Assembly (NCBI GenBank): GCA_041675005.1
Contig: JBAYUQ010000011.1
Location: forward strand, 15,270 to 79,269
Length of the DNA stretch: 64,000 nt
From: Candidatus Kapaibacterium sp.
GTDB lineage: Bacteria > Bacteroidota > Ignavibacteria > Kapaibacteriales > UBA2268
Direction of reading: 5' to 3'
The notes under the pieces were generated by a model. That model ran no database searches. It was given only the letters and a program-made list of their open reading frames with translations, and was not told the origin of the DNA. How positions within the stretch are numbered: position 1 is the first letter of the stretch; every line of letters begins with the position of its first letter. Of the stretch, positions 1 to 9,242 are shown one piece after another. A program made the translations under genes and the position numbers.

Positions 1-130
1 GGTTTGAACAAGAAAGGAGATTTATTTGGAATAACTAGAGCAGCAGAACAGGTTCAAGAGTACTCCTATGAAACTATCCTCAATAGTGCTACATATACGG
101 GTCTGACTGAATTATTAATACATACGTCTG

Positions 131-796
131 CTAGTCCCGTTTTATATGTCCTTTGACTTTCATTTCTTCTATGACACTTTCGGCGAATTTCTCTATAATG
201 GTCTCTATATCCATCCCAATCATATTTATTTGAGCAGAAGTACTCGAATATCCTCTCCATGCAATCTTGTTAGTATTTACGTCTATTAGGTCAGCTTGGA
301 ATTGATTATTCATATACACATCCACGTCCTCTGTAACGTAAGTATTAGACTCTGTTACTGTAGCATCTTTGCCATTCTTTTTCTTAATAGTTCTAGTCTC
401 AGTATTAGTATGTACTTGTGGTGTAATTCTTTCGTTCACATTCTCATCTATTATTTCAATTTTAATAAACCCCTCAATACCATTTTTTGATAACTGCGAT
501 TGATAATCTCCCTCTTCCCATATTCTAGTAGGTGGGAAAATCATAGAACCTTCTACAGCATATATACCAGCTTCTTGGAATTCTTTAGCGAAGACTCTCT
601 CTATTAAAGCACGTCTATTGAGGTTTTGTTCTACAGAGTAAATACAGAATTTATCGAATTTCTTACTTATAAAATCTGGGTCGGAATATGATGTTGTCTC
701 AATAGACACACAGGAAGTAGCAACAATTGATAATACTATTATCAATAAAAGATTTTTATAATTGTTTTTAGCTTGTGATAGTATATTAGTGTTCAT
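131..796 (-). CDS. putative lipoprotein of unknown function (tandem paralog A)
   Basis: 221-aa ORF with a hydrophobic N-terminus ending in a lipobox-like VATSC. It aligns by eye with ORF 872..1474 (shared TSC, SYSD, C-YS-E-NL, EGS-FPPT, IDV-TNK-AW-G and C-terminal KGHI motifs). Confidence 0.75.
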   Translation of the reverse strand: MNTNILSQAKNNYKNLLLIIVLSIVATSCVSIETTSYSDPDFISKKFDKFCIYSVEQNLNRRALIERVFAKEFQEAGIYAVEGSMIFPPTRIWEEGDYQSQLSKNGIEGFIKIEIIDENVNERITPQVHTNTETRTIKKKNGKDATVTESNTYVTEDVDVYMNNQFQADLIDVNTNKIAWRGYSSTSAQINMIGMDIETIIEKFAESVIEEMKVKGHIKRD

Positions 797-871
797 TTGA
801 ATCCTAATTATTTAGATTGTTTGATTTTAAAATTGGAAATACGAATTATAAGAATTTAAGTTTCTGATTAT

Positions 872-1474
872 TTACTCAATATGGCCCTTTTGTTGTAATT
901 CTTCTATCACACTTTTTGAAAACTTCCAGAAAAAATCATCTCTGTTAAACTGATTGATCTTGTAATAGTTAATTGGCTCAGAACTACCTACCCAAGCTAG
1001 TTTATTAGTTTTAACATCTATTAACTTTACTTCGAACCTATATCTTAAATTTGAATTCATATCGTTATTATGGAAATTATCTATTTGAATTTCACTCTCA
1101 TAAGCATCACTGTTTGTATTGATATTCACTACTTCAAACTTTAAAAATCCATCTACATTATTTGCCAATAATTCAGATTGAAACTCATTTTCATCTCGTT
1201 CTTTAGTGGGTGGGAAAAGCTCTGAACCTTCCATAGCATCTACTCCAAGTTCGTATAATTCCTCAACCATAGTTTTTTCTAGTATTGAACGAAAAACAAG
1301 ATTCTCTTCATATGAATAAACACAAATTTTATTATATTTTTTTCTTTTAAATTCTTTGTCGGAGTAAGACGAAGTAGTTATTGAATAGCAGGAAGTTACT
1401 AAAGTTGAAACGATTAATAAAAGTATAATATTCTTATAACTGCCTATTAGTTTAATTGGTATGGTACTTATCAT
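872..1474 (-). CDS. putative lipoprotein of unknown function (tandem paralog B)
   Basis: 200-aa ORF with a signal/lipobox-like LVTSC. It shares the motif set of ORF 131..796, on the same strand and directly adjacent. Confidence 0.75.
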   Translation of the reverse strand: MISTIPIKLIGSYKNIILLLIVSTLVTSCYSITTSSYSDKEFKRKKYNKICVYSYEENLVFRSILEKTMVEELYELGVDAMEGSELFPPTKERDENEFQSELLANNVDGFLKFEVVNINTNSDAYESEIQIDNFHNNDMNSNLRYRFEVKLIDVKTNKLAWVGSSEPINYYKINQFNRDDFFWKFSKSVIEELQQKGHIE

Positions 1475-1608
1475 TTTGCTCTCCTTATAGAGTTGTTAAA
1501 CTAGTTCACTGAATGTAGTAATTCAAAATATTTTGTTTTCTACTACTTCATAGCATGTAGTACATAATAAAATAATAATAAGTTTCACATAAAATAGGTA
1601 TATAAAGT

Positions 1609-1998
1609 ATGAATTACTCATATAGCACAAAATTAAAAGGCGAATTTGAAGAAGTAATAGAAAGAGTAACGGCTGAACTAAAAACAGAAGGGTTTGGTGT
1701 ACTAACTCAAATAGATGTTACTAAAACTTTGAAAGAAAAAATAGACGTAGATTTCAAAAAGTATCGTATATTAGGAGCGTGTAACCCGCATTTTGCTCAT
1801 AAAGCACTATCGCTAGAAGAAAAAGTAGGTGTTATGCTTCCTTGCAACGTTATAGTAGTAGAAGCTGGCGAAGGTGAATTCGAAGTCACAGCCGTTAGCC
1901 CTATGGCATCTATGCAAGCTGTAAAAAATGAAGGTCTAGCAACAATAGCACTAGAAGTAGAAGAAAAACTAAAGTCTGTTATCAATAGGTTGAAATAA
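1609..1998 (+). CDS. DUF302 domain-containing protein
   Basis: 129 aa. The pattern F..V..V...L...GFGVL..ID...TLK.K......YRILGACNP..A..AL........LPCNV.V is the typical DUF302 signature as I recall it. Confidence 0.7.
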   Translation: MNYSYSTKLKGEFEEVIERVTAELKTEGFGVLTQIDVTKTLKEKIDVDFKKYRILGACNPHFAHKALSLEEKVGVMLPCNVIVVEAGEGEFEVTAVSPMASMQAVKNEGLATIALEVEEKLKSVINRLK

Positions 1999-2619
1999 TT
2001 GAGATTTCTCGTAACTATAATTTTACTATTCGCCGGTAGCTCTCTGTATTCGCAGGAGTTACCCGGTGGACAGTTCGATAGATATGAGATAGAACCGATG
2101 AAAACTAATGCCAAAAACAAGGCGATGATTTCGGCTGAGTATAAATATACGACTAATGATGCCTACTCTATGAATGATATTGGAATCAAGCTCGGTATAT
2201 ATGCCACAGATGATTTGGTAATCGGGGCTCATTATTTTTATTTGTTTGATAAATCTGTGATTTTTATTCCTAACGAAGATAATCTGAAAGCAGCATTGCT
2301 TTATGATTTATATGGTTTAAATGTCGATTATTTCATTTCTAATAGCTACTCACTTCCAGTTTCAGTTGGATTGAATTTGGGCTTTGGTCAAGCTACATAT
2401 ACTAGCTTTGGTAACTCCCCCGTAACCGATGACCTGACTGGAGATTGGTTATTCAATATAGAACCAGAGGCAAATCTATATTTCCACCTCACCAATAGTA
2501 TCTTAATTAATTTTAATATTGGATACCGTTTTATTTCAGGAATCGAATATGGTGGAATCGAAAATTCTGATCTATCAGGATTTGTTGGTGGTGTTGGACT
2601 TACGCTTACTATTCAATAA
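1999..2619 (+). CDS. hypothetical secreted protein, possibly an outer-membrane beta-barrel
   Basis: 206-aa ORF with a TTG start abutting the stop of the upstream gene. It has a signal peptide (LLFAGSSLYSQE), alternating hydrophobic beta-strand-like segments, and is Gly/aromatic rich. Confidence 0.55.
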   Translation: MRFLVTIILLFAGSSLYSQELPGGQFDRYEIEPMKTNAKNKAMISAEYKYTTNDAYSMNDIGIKLGIYATDDLVIGAHYFYLFDKSVIFIPNEDNLKAALLYDLYGLNVDYFISNSYSLPVSVGLNLGFGQATYTSFGNSPVTDDLTGDWLFNIEPEANLYFHLTNSILINFNIGYRFISGIEYGGIENSDLSGFVGGVGLTLTIQ

Positions 2620-2772
2620 TTTTTTAAACCCTCTTAATCCCTTTTAAAAAAATGCACTTACCTTAATCTGCTGGGGAAGTAATTTTGATTTTAAATTTTA
2701 TTTGCGTTACTTGCTCATTGGATATAAGTCGAAAGGCATATTTCTAATATTTCTAACAACCATTAGGTTCTC

Positions 2773-3483
2773 TTGGATTTATCTATACTATTTGGATTCT
2801 TAGTTGGTGTTGTTTTGGCTCTTCCTCCTGGACCTGTTGGTGTTTCAGCTATTGAGATTGGCTTATTCCAAAACAAAAAAGCGGGCTTTCATCTTGCTCT
2901 TGGCAACGCCATAATGGACTTTATCTACTGTTTGGGCGTTATATTCGCTACTTCGGCGGCTATATCTACAATTAGTAGTTTTTCTAAAGATTATCCAGCA
3001 GCATACCTAGTATTCCAAATCGGAGCAATTTCTGCTTTATTCATTATTGGATTCTTAAACTTAAAATCCAAGAAAAGAAAAGTTAAAAAAAGCGATGAAG
3101 CCACTAGTGGCTACGCTTCCAAGCTAAGTAAGAAAGGACCTCTATTCTTAGGTATAGCTATTGCATTAACAAACCTTGCTAACCCTACGTTTTTACCTTC
3201 GCTAGCATTCGTTACTGTATGGGTACATGAAGCTGGTTTGACAACTGGTGGAGCAATTTCCAACTTCTTATTTGCTCTTGGTTTCGGTTTAGGTAATTTG
3301 TTTTGGGTCAATTTTATTGCCTCTATAACTAATAAATACAAACACAAATTCTCTACTAATATGATATTTAGAATTAAGCAAGCGGCTGGTGTTACATTCA
3401 TTGGCTTCGGTACATTCCTTGGATTTAGATTGATATCTCTTTCCAAATGGCCTGAAATGCTTCGCTTCATTTTAGCTTTCTAA
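2773..3483 (+). CDS. LysE/RhtB-family translocator-like membrane protein
   Basis: 236 aa with about 6 hydrophobic helices. The N-terminal L..GF..G...A.PPGPV motif is typical of LysE-type exporters. Confidence 0.6.
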   Translation: MDLSILFGFLVGVVLALPPGPVGVSAIEIGLFQNKKAGFHLALGNAIMDFIYCLGVIFATSAAISTISSFSKDYPAAYLVFQIGAISALFIIGFLNLKSKKRKVKKSDEATSGYASKLSKKGPLFLGIAIALTNLANPTFLPSLAFVTVWVHEAGLTTGGAISNFLFALGFGLGNLFWVNFIASITNKYKHKFSTNMIFRIKQAAGVTFIGFGTFLGFRLISLSKWPEMLRFILAF

Positions 3484-3521
3484 TTTCATAATAATTCTAC
3501 CTATTATTCGCCTAACAATCT

Positions 3522-4673
3522 ATGAAAATGGAATATGATATTATAGTTTGCGGTGGTGGGATGTCGGGACTAAGTCTAGCTTATAGGGCATTGCAATCAG
3601 GCGTTTGGGCAAACAAATCAATTTTAATAATCGATAAAAGCGACAAATCTTCCAATGATAAGACTTGGTGCTTTTGGGAAAATTCTACATCACCCTTTGA
3701 AGAAATTATTTTTCGAAAATGGGATGAGATGCGCTTTATTAGTGTTGATAATAGAAGCTTTCAGCTCGATACTGGTAATTATAGCTATAATATGATACGC
3801 AGTATTGATTTCTATAAACATACATTAGAGTATCTGAAATCACAACCAAATGTCACCATTGCGAATGAGAATATAGTAAGCTCAAATACCATTAATAATA
3901 GTTGCGTAGTAGTAACTGACGTAAGTAAGTACCAATCTGAATATGTATTCAATTCCATTTATGAAAAACCAAAACTAGAGGAAAAGCACACCTACCTTCT
4001 CCAACATTTCAAAGGAGTTATGATAGAGTCCAATGAGCTAAGTTTGGATCCAAAAGAGATATACCTGATGGATTTTCGAACGAGTCAAGAAAATGGCAAT
4101 ACCTTCTTCTATGTACTCCCAACTTCAGAGACATCGGCTCTTGTCGAATATACACTTTTCTCCGATAAGTTATTAGCAAAGGAAGTATATGACAAGAGAA
4201 TAGAAGAGTACATCAGGGAAGTGCTAAATATCAAGGAATATAAGATAATAGAAAGTGAATTCGGGATTATCCCTATGACTGATTACCCATTTATTAGGTC
4301 AAATGGAAATATTATAAACATAGGCACAATGGGTGGAGATACACGCGGTTCTACGGGCTACACTTTCACAAATACCCAAAAAACAATCAGCAAGATTATA
4401 GCTAGTTATCAAGAGAGCGATACTCCACACTTCAAAGAAGAACACATAACAACAAAGCATAAACTCTATGACAGTACTTTGCTGAAAGTGCTAGCAGATG
4501 GTAAATACCAAGGACATCAGCTATTCACTGACATGTTCACTTCCGCAAAAGCATCTGATATACTGGCATTTTTAGACGGCGAGAGTTCACTAAAACAGGA
4601 TTTCAAAGTAATCAAAAGTCTGATCCCTCAATATTTCATAAAGCCATTTTTCCGAAGTTGGTTGGATAGTTAG
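3522..4673 (+). CDS. lycopene cyclase family protein (CrtY-like FAD-binding)
   Basis: 383 aa. It has an N-terminal dinucleotide-binding motif (YDIIVCGGGMSGLSLA) followed by KTWCFWE, as in CrtY/CrtL-type lycopene cyclases. No other carotenoid genes are in the window. Confidence 0.7.
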   Translation: MKMEYDIIVCGGGMSGLSLAYRALQSGVWANKSILIIDKSDKSSNDKTWCFWENSTSPFEEIIFRKWDEMRFISVDNRSFQLDTGNYSYNMIRSIDFYKHTLEYLKSQPNVTIANENIVSSNTINNSCVVVTDVSKYQSEYVFNSIYEKPKLEEKHTYLLQHFKGVMIESNELSLDPKEIYLMDFRTSQENGNTFFYVLPTSETSALVEYTLFSDKLLAKEVYDKRIEEYIREVLNIKEYKIIESEFGIIPMTDYPFIRSNGNIINIGTMGGDTRGSTGYTFTNTQKTISKIIASYQESDTPHFKEEHITTKHKLYDSTLLKVLADGKYQGHQLFTDMFTSAKASDILAFLDGESSLKQDFKVIKSLIPQYFIKPFFRSWLDS

Positions 4674-4852
4674 TTGGATAAACTAGTCAAAACAAATCTA
4701 AAGTAAAAGTATCAATGTAGAAAAACCACTAAATGGAATAGCAAATGTCAAAAATATGATTGTGATTAGTTTGATATTGATCTGCTTATTAAATGTACAT
4801 TATAAAATCATTTATCAAATTAACAAAATTCAAACTATTTTAAAAATAATAT

Positions 4853-5020
4853 TCAACCCCTACGGGGCTGATTGGTGTTGTGGGTTGACTATTTACTACA
4901 GATATCTAGCCACTACGTGGCTAGTTTAGTATAATTCAATATTGCATTAAAGCCACAGAGTGGCTTAATATCTGTAGCATTAGAATTGAAAAAAGAGTCA
5001 GGAACCCCAGAGGGGTGATA
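4853..5020 (+). repeat. modular hairpin repeat, type A copy 1
   Basis: CCCCTACGGGG hairpin, then a 10-bp closing helix CTACAGATAT (4896..4905) / ATATCTGTAG (4968..4977) enclosing hairpins CTAGCCAC-TAC-GTGGCTAG and AAGCCAC-AGA-GTGGCTT, then ACCCC-AGA-GGGGT. It is collinear with 23569..23745. Confidence 0.85.
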
Positions 5021-5051
5021 TAACAGAATAGAATAAAAGGTCAATTCCGAT

Positions 5052-5083
5052 AAAAAAAAGAGAACCTTTTTCAAGATTCTCTT
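5052..5083 (-). terminator. rho-independent terminator candidate for the hutU-SDR unit
   Basis: The minus strand reads AAGAGAA-TCTTGAAAAAGG-TTCTCTT followed by a T run, about 30 nt downstream of the stop of ORF 5111..5719. Confidence 0.55.
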
Positions 5084-5110
5084 AAATTATCATTATTCTA
5101 TTTTATGTAA

Positions 5111-5719
5111 CTACTTCGGTTCGTAGCCATCTACGTAGAAAACATCGGCACTTTTACCGCTTTCCAATGCTTTGGAATATGACTTAGCTACTACGCTTGA
5201 GTTTGGCCATGGGTCTGTTGGCATTCCCATTTTTTCGGCTGACTCTGATAGTAGCGGCGGATGAGCTACCATTACTCTTCTACCATCTTCCATTTCCAAA
5301 GTTGCTCCTAAGGCAAAGCCTTCCAGCCCTTTGTTCACAGCAGCCAACATTGAAGTCGATGGCCAAGGTGCATAAGCGAACATACCACCAGTTAAGATTA
5401 TAGCTCCATTTTCTTTCAGATTTTTCAATCCATATTTAGCTACTCTTAACTGACCTGCGAACTTGCTATTCAAGCTCGATTGTATTTTCTCTTCGTCCAG
5501 TTCACTCACTGGAGCGAATGCAGCACTTCCAGCTGCACAAATAATTGCATCTACCATTTCTGTACTTTCGAAGAAATTGTGAACTGATTCGGGGTTATCT
5601 ATATCAATACTTACAAGTGAATTTCTGTGACCAGATATTACTTCGTAACCTTTACTTTCTAGTTCTTCTACTATTCCTTTTCCTATTGTGCCTGTAGCAC
5701 CTATTACTATTGCTTTCAT
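5111..5719 (-). CDS. short (about 200 aa) NAD(P)-binding short-chain dehydrogenase family protein
   Basis: 202 aa with an N-terminal Rossmann motif (MKAIVIGATGTIGKGI). Its start lies 1 nt after the hutU stop, so the two are probably co-transcribed. Confidence 0.7.
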   Translation of the reverse strand: MKAIVIGATGTIGKGIVEELESKGYEVISGHRNSLVSIDIDNPESVHNFFESTEMVDAIICAAGSAAFAPVSELDEEKIQSSLNSKFAGQLRVAKYGLKNLKENGAIILTGGMFAYAPWPSTSMLAAVNKGLEGFALGATLEMEDGRRVMVAHPPLLSESAEKMGMPTDPWPNSSVVAKSYSKALESGKSADVFYVDGYEPK

Positions 5720-5720
5720 G

Positions 5721-7379
5721 TTATTTACCCATTGGTATATTTATATCGAATTTTTTTGCGTTGTCTGTGGCTCTGTCGTAGCCGGCGTCTGCGTGTCTTA
5801 GTATTCCCATTAGTGGGTCATAAGTCAGAACTCTTTCTAATCTGCATTTAGCTTCTTCGGTACCATCAGCGACTACGACCATCCCTGCATGTTGTGATAG
5901 CCCCATACCTACTCCACCGCCGTGATGTAATGAAACCCACGAAGCACCTCCAATAGCGTTCAGTGCGAAGTTTAGGAACACCCAATCAGAAACTGCATCT
6001 GAGCCATCTAGCATTCCCTCTGTTTCTCTGTAAGGTGATGCAACTGAACCGCAATCCAAGTGATCACGACCAATTACGATAGGAGCTGAGACTTTGCCAG
6101 TTCTTACTAGTTCGTTGAATAGTTGGCCTGCCAACGCTCTTTCTCCATATCCTAACCAACAGATACGAGCAGGCAACGCTTGGTAGCGAATATTAGCCGC
6201 AGCATTATCTATCCATCTATGTAGTGGTTCGTTATCTGGGAAAAGATTCTTGATTGCTTCATCAGTAACAGCAATATCATCAGGATTACCCGACAATGCA
6301 ACCCAACGAAAAGGTCCTTTACCATCGCAGAATAGAGGACGTATATATTCAGGTACGAATCCTTTGAATGCAAAGGCATCTTTGTATCCGCCATTATCCT
6401 GAGCTATACCACGTATATTATTTCCGTAATCAAATACTACAGCACCTTTCTTCTGGAATTCTACCATTGTTTCTACGTGAGTAGCTATTGATTTATATAC
6501 TTCTGATAGGTATTTCTCAGGGTCAGCTGCTCTTAGCTTATCAGCTTCTTCTTTGCTATATCCAGCTGGATAGTATCCGTTCAGTGGGTCGTGAGCAGAC
6601 GTTTGGTCAGTTACAATATCTGGAACAATTCCTCTTCTCAAAAGTTCAGGTAGAACCTCTGCGGTATTCCCGATTAGCCCAATTGATTTTGCTTCGTTAT
6701 TATTCTTAGCTTCATTCATTACTCGCAATGCATCGTCAAGATTATCAACTTTTACATCACAATACCCATCGTGGATACGCTTGTCTATTCTAGTCTCATC
6801 TATCTCGACTGTGATAGAAGCAGCACCAGCGAACTTAGCAGCAAGTGGTTGAGCACCACCCATACCACCCATACCGCCAGTTAGTAGGAATCTTCCATTC
6901 AGTGTACCACCAAAATGTTGCCTAGCACACTCTGCGAAAGTCTCGTAAGTTCCTTGTACTATGCCTTGAGTACCAATGTAAATCCAGCTACCAGCAGTCA
7001 TTTGGCCGTACATCATTAATCCTTTCTTATCCAACTCACGGAAATGTTCCCAATTCGCCCAGTTAGGTACTAAGTTCGAATTGGCTATTATTACTCTAGG
7101 AGCAGCAGTATATGTCTTGGCAACGCCAACTGGTTTACCTGATTGGACTAAGAGCGTTTCGTCTATGTCCATATTCTTTAGCGTGTTTGTAATAGCATCA
7201 AAGCTTTCCCAATTTCTAGCGGCCTTCCCCAGCCCCCCATACACGATTAGCTCTTCTGGCTTTTCAGCATTCTCAGGGTCTAGGTTGTGGTGTATCATAC
7301 GGTACGCGGCTTCTAGTTGCCAGTTTTTACAAGTTAATTCCGTACCTCTAGGTACAGTTACTGTTCTTTTTGTAGTCAT
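5721..7379 (-). CDS. hutU: urocanate hydratase
   Basis: 552 aa, recognisable along its full length as urocanase ([60 protein letters not shown]). Confidence 0.93.
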   Translation of the reverse strand: MTTKRTVTVPRGTELTCKNWQLEAAYRMIHHNLDPENAEKPEELIVYGGLGKAARNWESFDAITNTLKNMDIDETLLVQSGKPVGVAKTYTAAPRVIIANSNLVPNWANWEHFRELDKKGLMMYGQMTAGSWIYIGTQGIVQGTYETFAECARQHFGGTLNGRFLLTGGMGGMGGAQPLAAKFAGAASITVEIDETRIDKRIHDGYCDVKVDNLDDALRVMNEAKNNNEAKSIGLIGNTAEVLPELLRRGIVPDIVTDQTSAHDPLNGYYPAGYSKEEADKLRAADPEKYLSEVYKSIATHVETMVEFQKKGAVVFDYGNNIRGIAQDNGGYKDAFAFKGFVPEYIRPLFCDGKGPFRWVALSGNPDDIAVTDEAIKNLFPDNEPLHRWIDNAAANIRYQALPARICWLGYGERALAGQLFNELVRTGKVSAPIVIGRDHLDCGSVASPYRETEGMLDGSDAVSDWVFLNFALNAIGGASWVSLHHGGGVGMGLSQHAGMVVVADGTEEAKCRLERVLTYDPLMGILRHADAGYDRATDNAKKFDINIPMGK

Positions 7380-7518
7380 TTATCAATCTCAATTTATTTG
7401 TTTTCACGAACTTGACGAATAACAAAAATAATAATTTATAATGACATAAGTTTGGCTTCATATTTGTAGGTGTTTAATTGTCATTATTCGATCGAGCGTT
7501 TTTATAAACGACGATACT

Positions 7519-7562
7519 ACAGGACACTTTCAAACCTCCCCCGTTTGTAGTGTCCTGTTTTT
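7519..7562 (+). terminator. strong orphan stem-loop plus T-tract (terminator-like)
   Basis: ACAGGACACT-TT-CAAAC [CTCCCCC] GTTTG-T-AGTGTCCTGT followed by TTTT. There is no plus-strand CDS upstream. Confidence 0.45.
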
Positions 7563-7615
7563 GTGTTTGGATTTTTAAATTCAACAAATTTATATAATGC
7601 TAATCTAATAACGGA

Positions 7616-7660
7616 GCGAAGCAAGTGAAGAGTCCATTTTTCAGAACAAGATTGTAGGAT
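7616..7660 (+). repeat. dispersed repeat modules B and C
   Basis: GCGAAGCAAGTGAAGAGTCC (7616..7635) and TCAGAACAAGATTGTAGGAT (7641..7660) recur at 21096..21114 and 21008..27 in the opposite order. Confidence 0.8.
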
Positions 7661-7811
7661 GGATAAGATAGACACGATAATTTGAACTATTGCTGTCTCT
7701 TTTTTCTGAATCATGGATTAAACAGATTTGTGGATTGCATAGATTATTTATTTTAACACAAAGACCACGAAGGTTTGAAACTTCATATTATACACTGAGG
7801 TCACAAAGTTC

Positions 7812-7989
7812 TCGTCACTCAGAGGAAGCGAAGCGAGCGAAGAGTCCAGGAGAACTGCGGAGCTGTTCAATATTAGTAGCATCTGTTGACAGACCTAACA
7901 CAACAACTTCACTAGGAGTTGAATAGTAATGGGACTAAAGTCCAAAGTTTTTTTTTGTTGCCTATTTATCCGTTGGCTGAAGCCAACGG
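7812..7989 (+). repeat. composite hairpin repeat (short version)
   Basis: TCGTCAC..GCGAAG..CCAGGAGAACTGCGGAGCTGTTCAATATTAGTAGCATC ... GTTGAATAGTAATGGGACTAAAGTCC ... CCGTTGGCTGAAGCCAACGG. It is collinear with the reverse complement of 23503..23878. Confidence 0.8.
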
Positions 7990-7996
7990 CAATACT

Positions 7997-8305
7997 TCAA
8001 TCCGTTCTTCGTTTAAACGAAAATAAGAATATTAATTCGATAGTACCAACTAACCAATATATTGGCCATTTGAGCCAAAGATATAGGAGGTTAAAACCAT
8101 CTACTACTTCATTTCTAGAATGGACTAAATACGATTCTAATTCGGTTGATAAATATGGTAGTGCGAATAGAAAGGAAATAACAAATAATGTAATAGTAAG
8201 ACTTGAGAGTGTAATTTTACGTTTCTTAGAGATAATGCTAAGGTCTACAATTATTATTAGTAATAGAATAATTAAATCGAAATATGTAAATAAGTCAGTT
8301 ATCAT
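7997..8305 (-). CDS. small membrane protein (about 3 TM), hypothetical
   Basis: 102-aa ORF with three hydrophobic segments. It starts 19 bp downstream of the S24 peptidase gene on the same strand. No recognisable motif, so coding status is uncertain. Confidence 0.45.
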   Translation of the reverse strand: MITDLFTYFDLIILLLIIIVDLSIISKKRKITLSSLTITLFVISFLFALPYLSTELESYLVHSRNEVVDGFNLLYLWLKWPIYWLVGTIELIFLFSFKRRTD

Positions 8306-8324
8306 TTAGATACATCCTCATTAC

Positions 8325-8753
8325 CTACACCTCATGTATAATATGCTTTACTACACCTTGTATTTCGAATTTGCAATATCCAGTTATTTCTATTGGTAAG
8401 TATTTTTGGTTGGCAGAAACTAGGTATATCTTGCCATCTTTGCGGCGGAGTTTCTTTACTGTCATCTCGCCATCGAGTGAAGCGACTACTATTTGACCTT
8501 CTTTGGGCTCAGTTTTAGCATCTACTATTAGTATATCGCCTGTGAATATATTCTCGTCTATCATACTGTCGCCAGTAACTCGAGCCATATACACATCTTT
8601 GCTTCCTGTGAGCAATAAGTTGCCTAAGTCGATAGATGTCTCTATCGATTGCAACATAACCGAACCACGCTGTATGCTTGCTGGCAATAGCGGTGCTTCG
8701 AATGTGAACCCTTGTATAGGGTTACCATATTTGTCTGCTCTTAGTCTATACAT
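8325..8753 (-). CDS. UmuD/LexA-type S24 peptidase domain protein: catalytic dyad intact, atypical cleavage-site region
   Basis: 142 aa. VTGDSMIDENIFTGDILIVD (Ser nucleophile) and GEMTVKKLR (Lys base) align with E. coli UmuD GDSMIDGGISDGDLLIVD and GEFTVKKLQ. The position of the UmuD Cys-Gly site reads SIQRGSVML. No HTH domain. Confidence 0.8.
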   Translation of the reverse strand: MYRLRADKYGNPIQGFTFEAPLLPASIQRGSVMLQSIETSIDLGNLLLTGSKDVYMARVTGDSMIDENIFTGDILIVDAKTEPKEGQIVVASLDGEMTVKKLRRKDGKIYLVSANQKYLPIEITGYCKFEIQGVVKHIIHEV

Positions 8754-8813
8754 ATTCTTTTTCTATTTCGTTGGACTTGCTTTTTATTTAAGTCCAACAA
8801 TTGCTGTGCCGTT

Positions 8814-9242
8814 TTAGAGAGAATGGATCACTTTAGTAACTGTTCCGAGTATCTGAAAATCTATCAATGACTTATTCTCGTCCAAAGGCAAAAACTGTCC
8901 TAGATGAGACTCTAAGAATCTACTTCCATCTATCTCACGGTAGAATCTAACAGCCAAATCATCATTAACCGAAGCTATGACAAACTTACCATCTGTTGGG
9001 TCAATAGACGTATCAATTATAAGAATATCGTTGTCTGATATTCCAACTGATTTGAGCATATCACCTTTTACTTTCACGAAGAAAGTTGCTGCTGGATGTT
9101 CTACTAAAAATTCGTTCAAATCTACTTCTCTGTCAACATCCCCCTCGACAGGAATAGGAATACCAGCCGCTACGGACATAGTAAAGAACGGAATCTTTCT
9201 ATCGGATTTTGGTAAAAAACCGATTACTTCGAATTGTTGCAT
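8814..9242 (-). CDS. UmuD/LexA-type S24 domain protein, predicted catalytically inactive (Ser->Met, Lys->Arg), canonical Ala-Gly cleavage loop
   Basis: 142 aa. FFTMSVAAGIPIPVEGD..VDLNEFLVEHPAATFFVKV matches the UmuD/LexA cleavage-site region. The catalytic motifs read KGDMLKSVGISDNDILIID and DDLAVRFYR. Confidence 0.8.
   Translation of the reverse strand: MQQFEVIGFLPKSDRKIPFFTMSVAAGIPIPVEGDVDREVDLNEFLVEHPAATFFVKVKGDMLKSVGISDNDILIIDTSIDPTDGKFVIASVNDDLAVRFYREIDGSRFLESHLGQFLPLDENKSLIDFQILGTVTKVIHSL

Noticed and set aside
1-156. Open plus-strand frame from the window edge (GLNKKGDLFGITRAAEQVQEYSYETILNSATYTGLTELLIHTSASPVLYVL*) that could be the 3' end of a gene.
   Set aside because: It is only 51 codons with no recognisable motif. 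It would overlap the well-supported convergent lipoprotein gene (131..796) by 26 nt, so I cannot support it.
66-260. 64-aa minus-strand ORF in the supplied track.
   Set aside because: It lies out of frame inside and overlapping the 3' end of the 131..796 gene, and its composition (Arg/Cys/His-rich) looks like an alternate-frame artefact.
6209-7422. Track ORFs 6209..6394 (-), 6488..6709 (+) and 7081..7422 (+) within hutU.
   Set aside because: They are alternate-frame or antisense ORFs inside a full-length, unmistakable urocanase gene.
7517-8309. Track ORFs 7517..7714 (-), 7690..7926 (+) and 7929..8309 (+).
   Set aside because: They are built almost entirely from the dispersed hairpin-repeat modules (giving peptides such as SEEAKRAKSP) or run antisense to the small membrane ORF. 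There are no start contexts or protein-like motifs.
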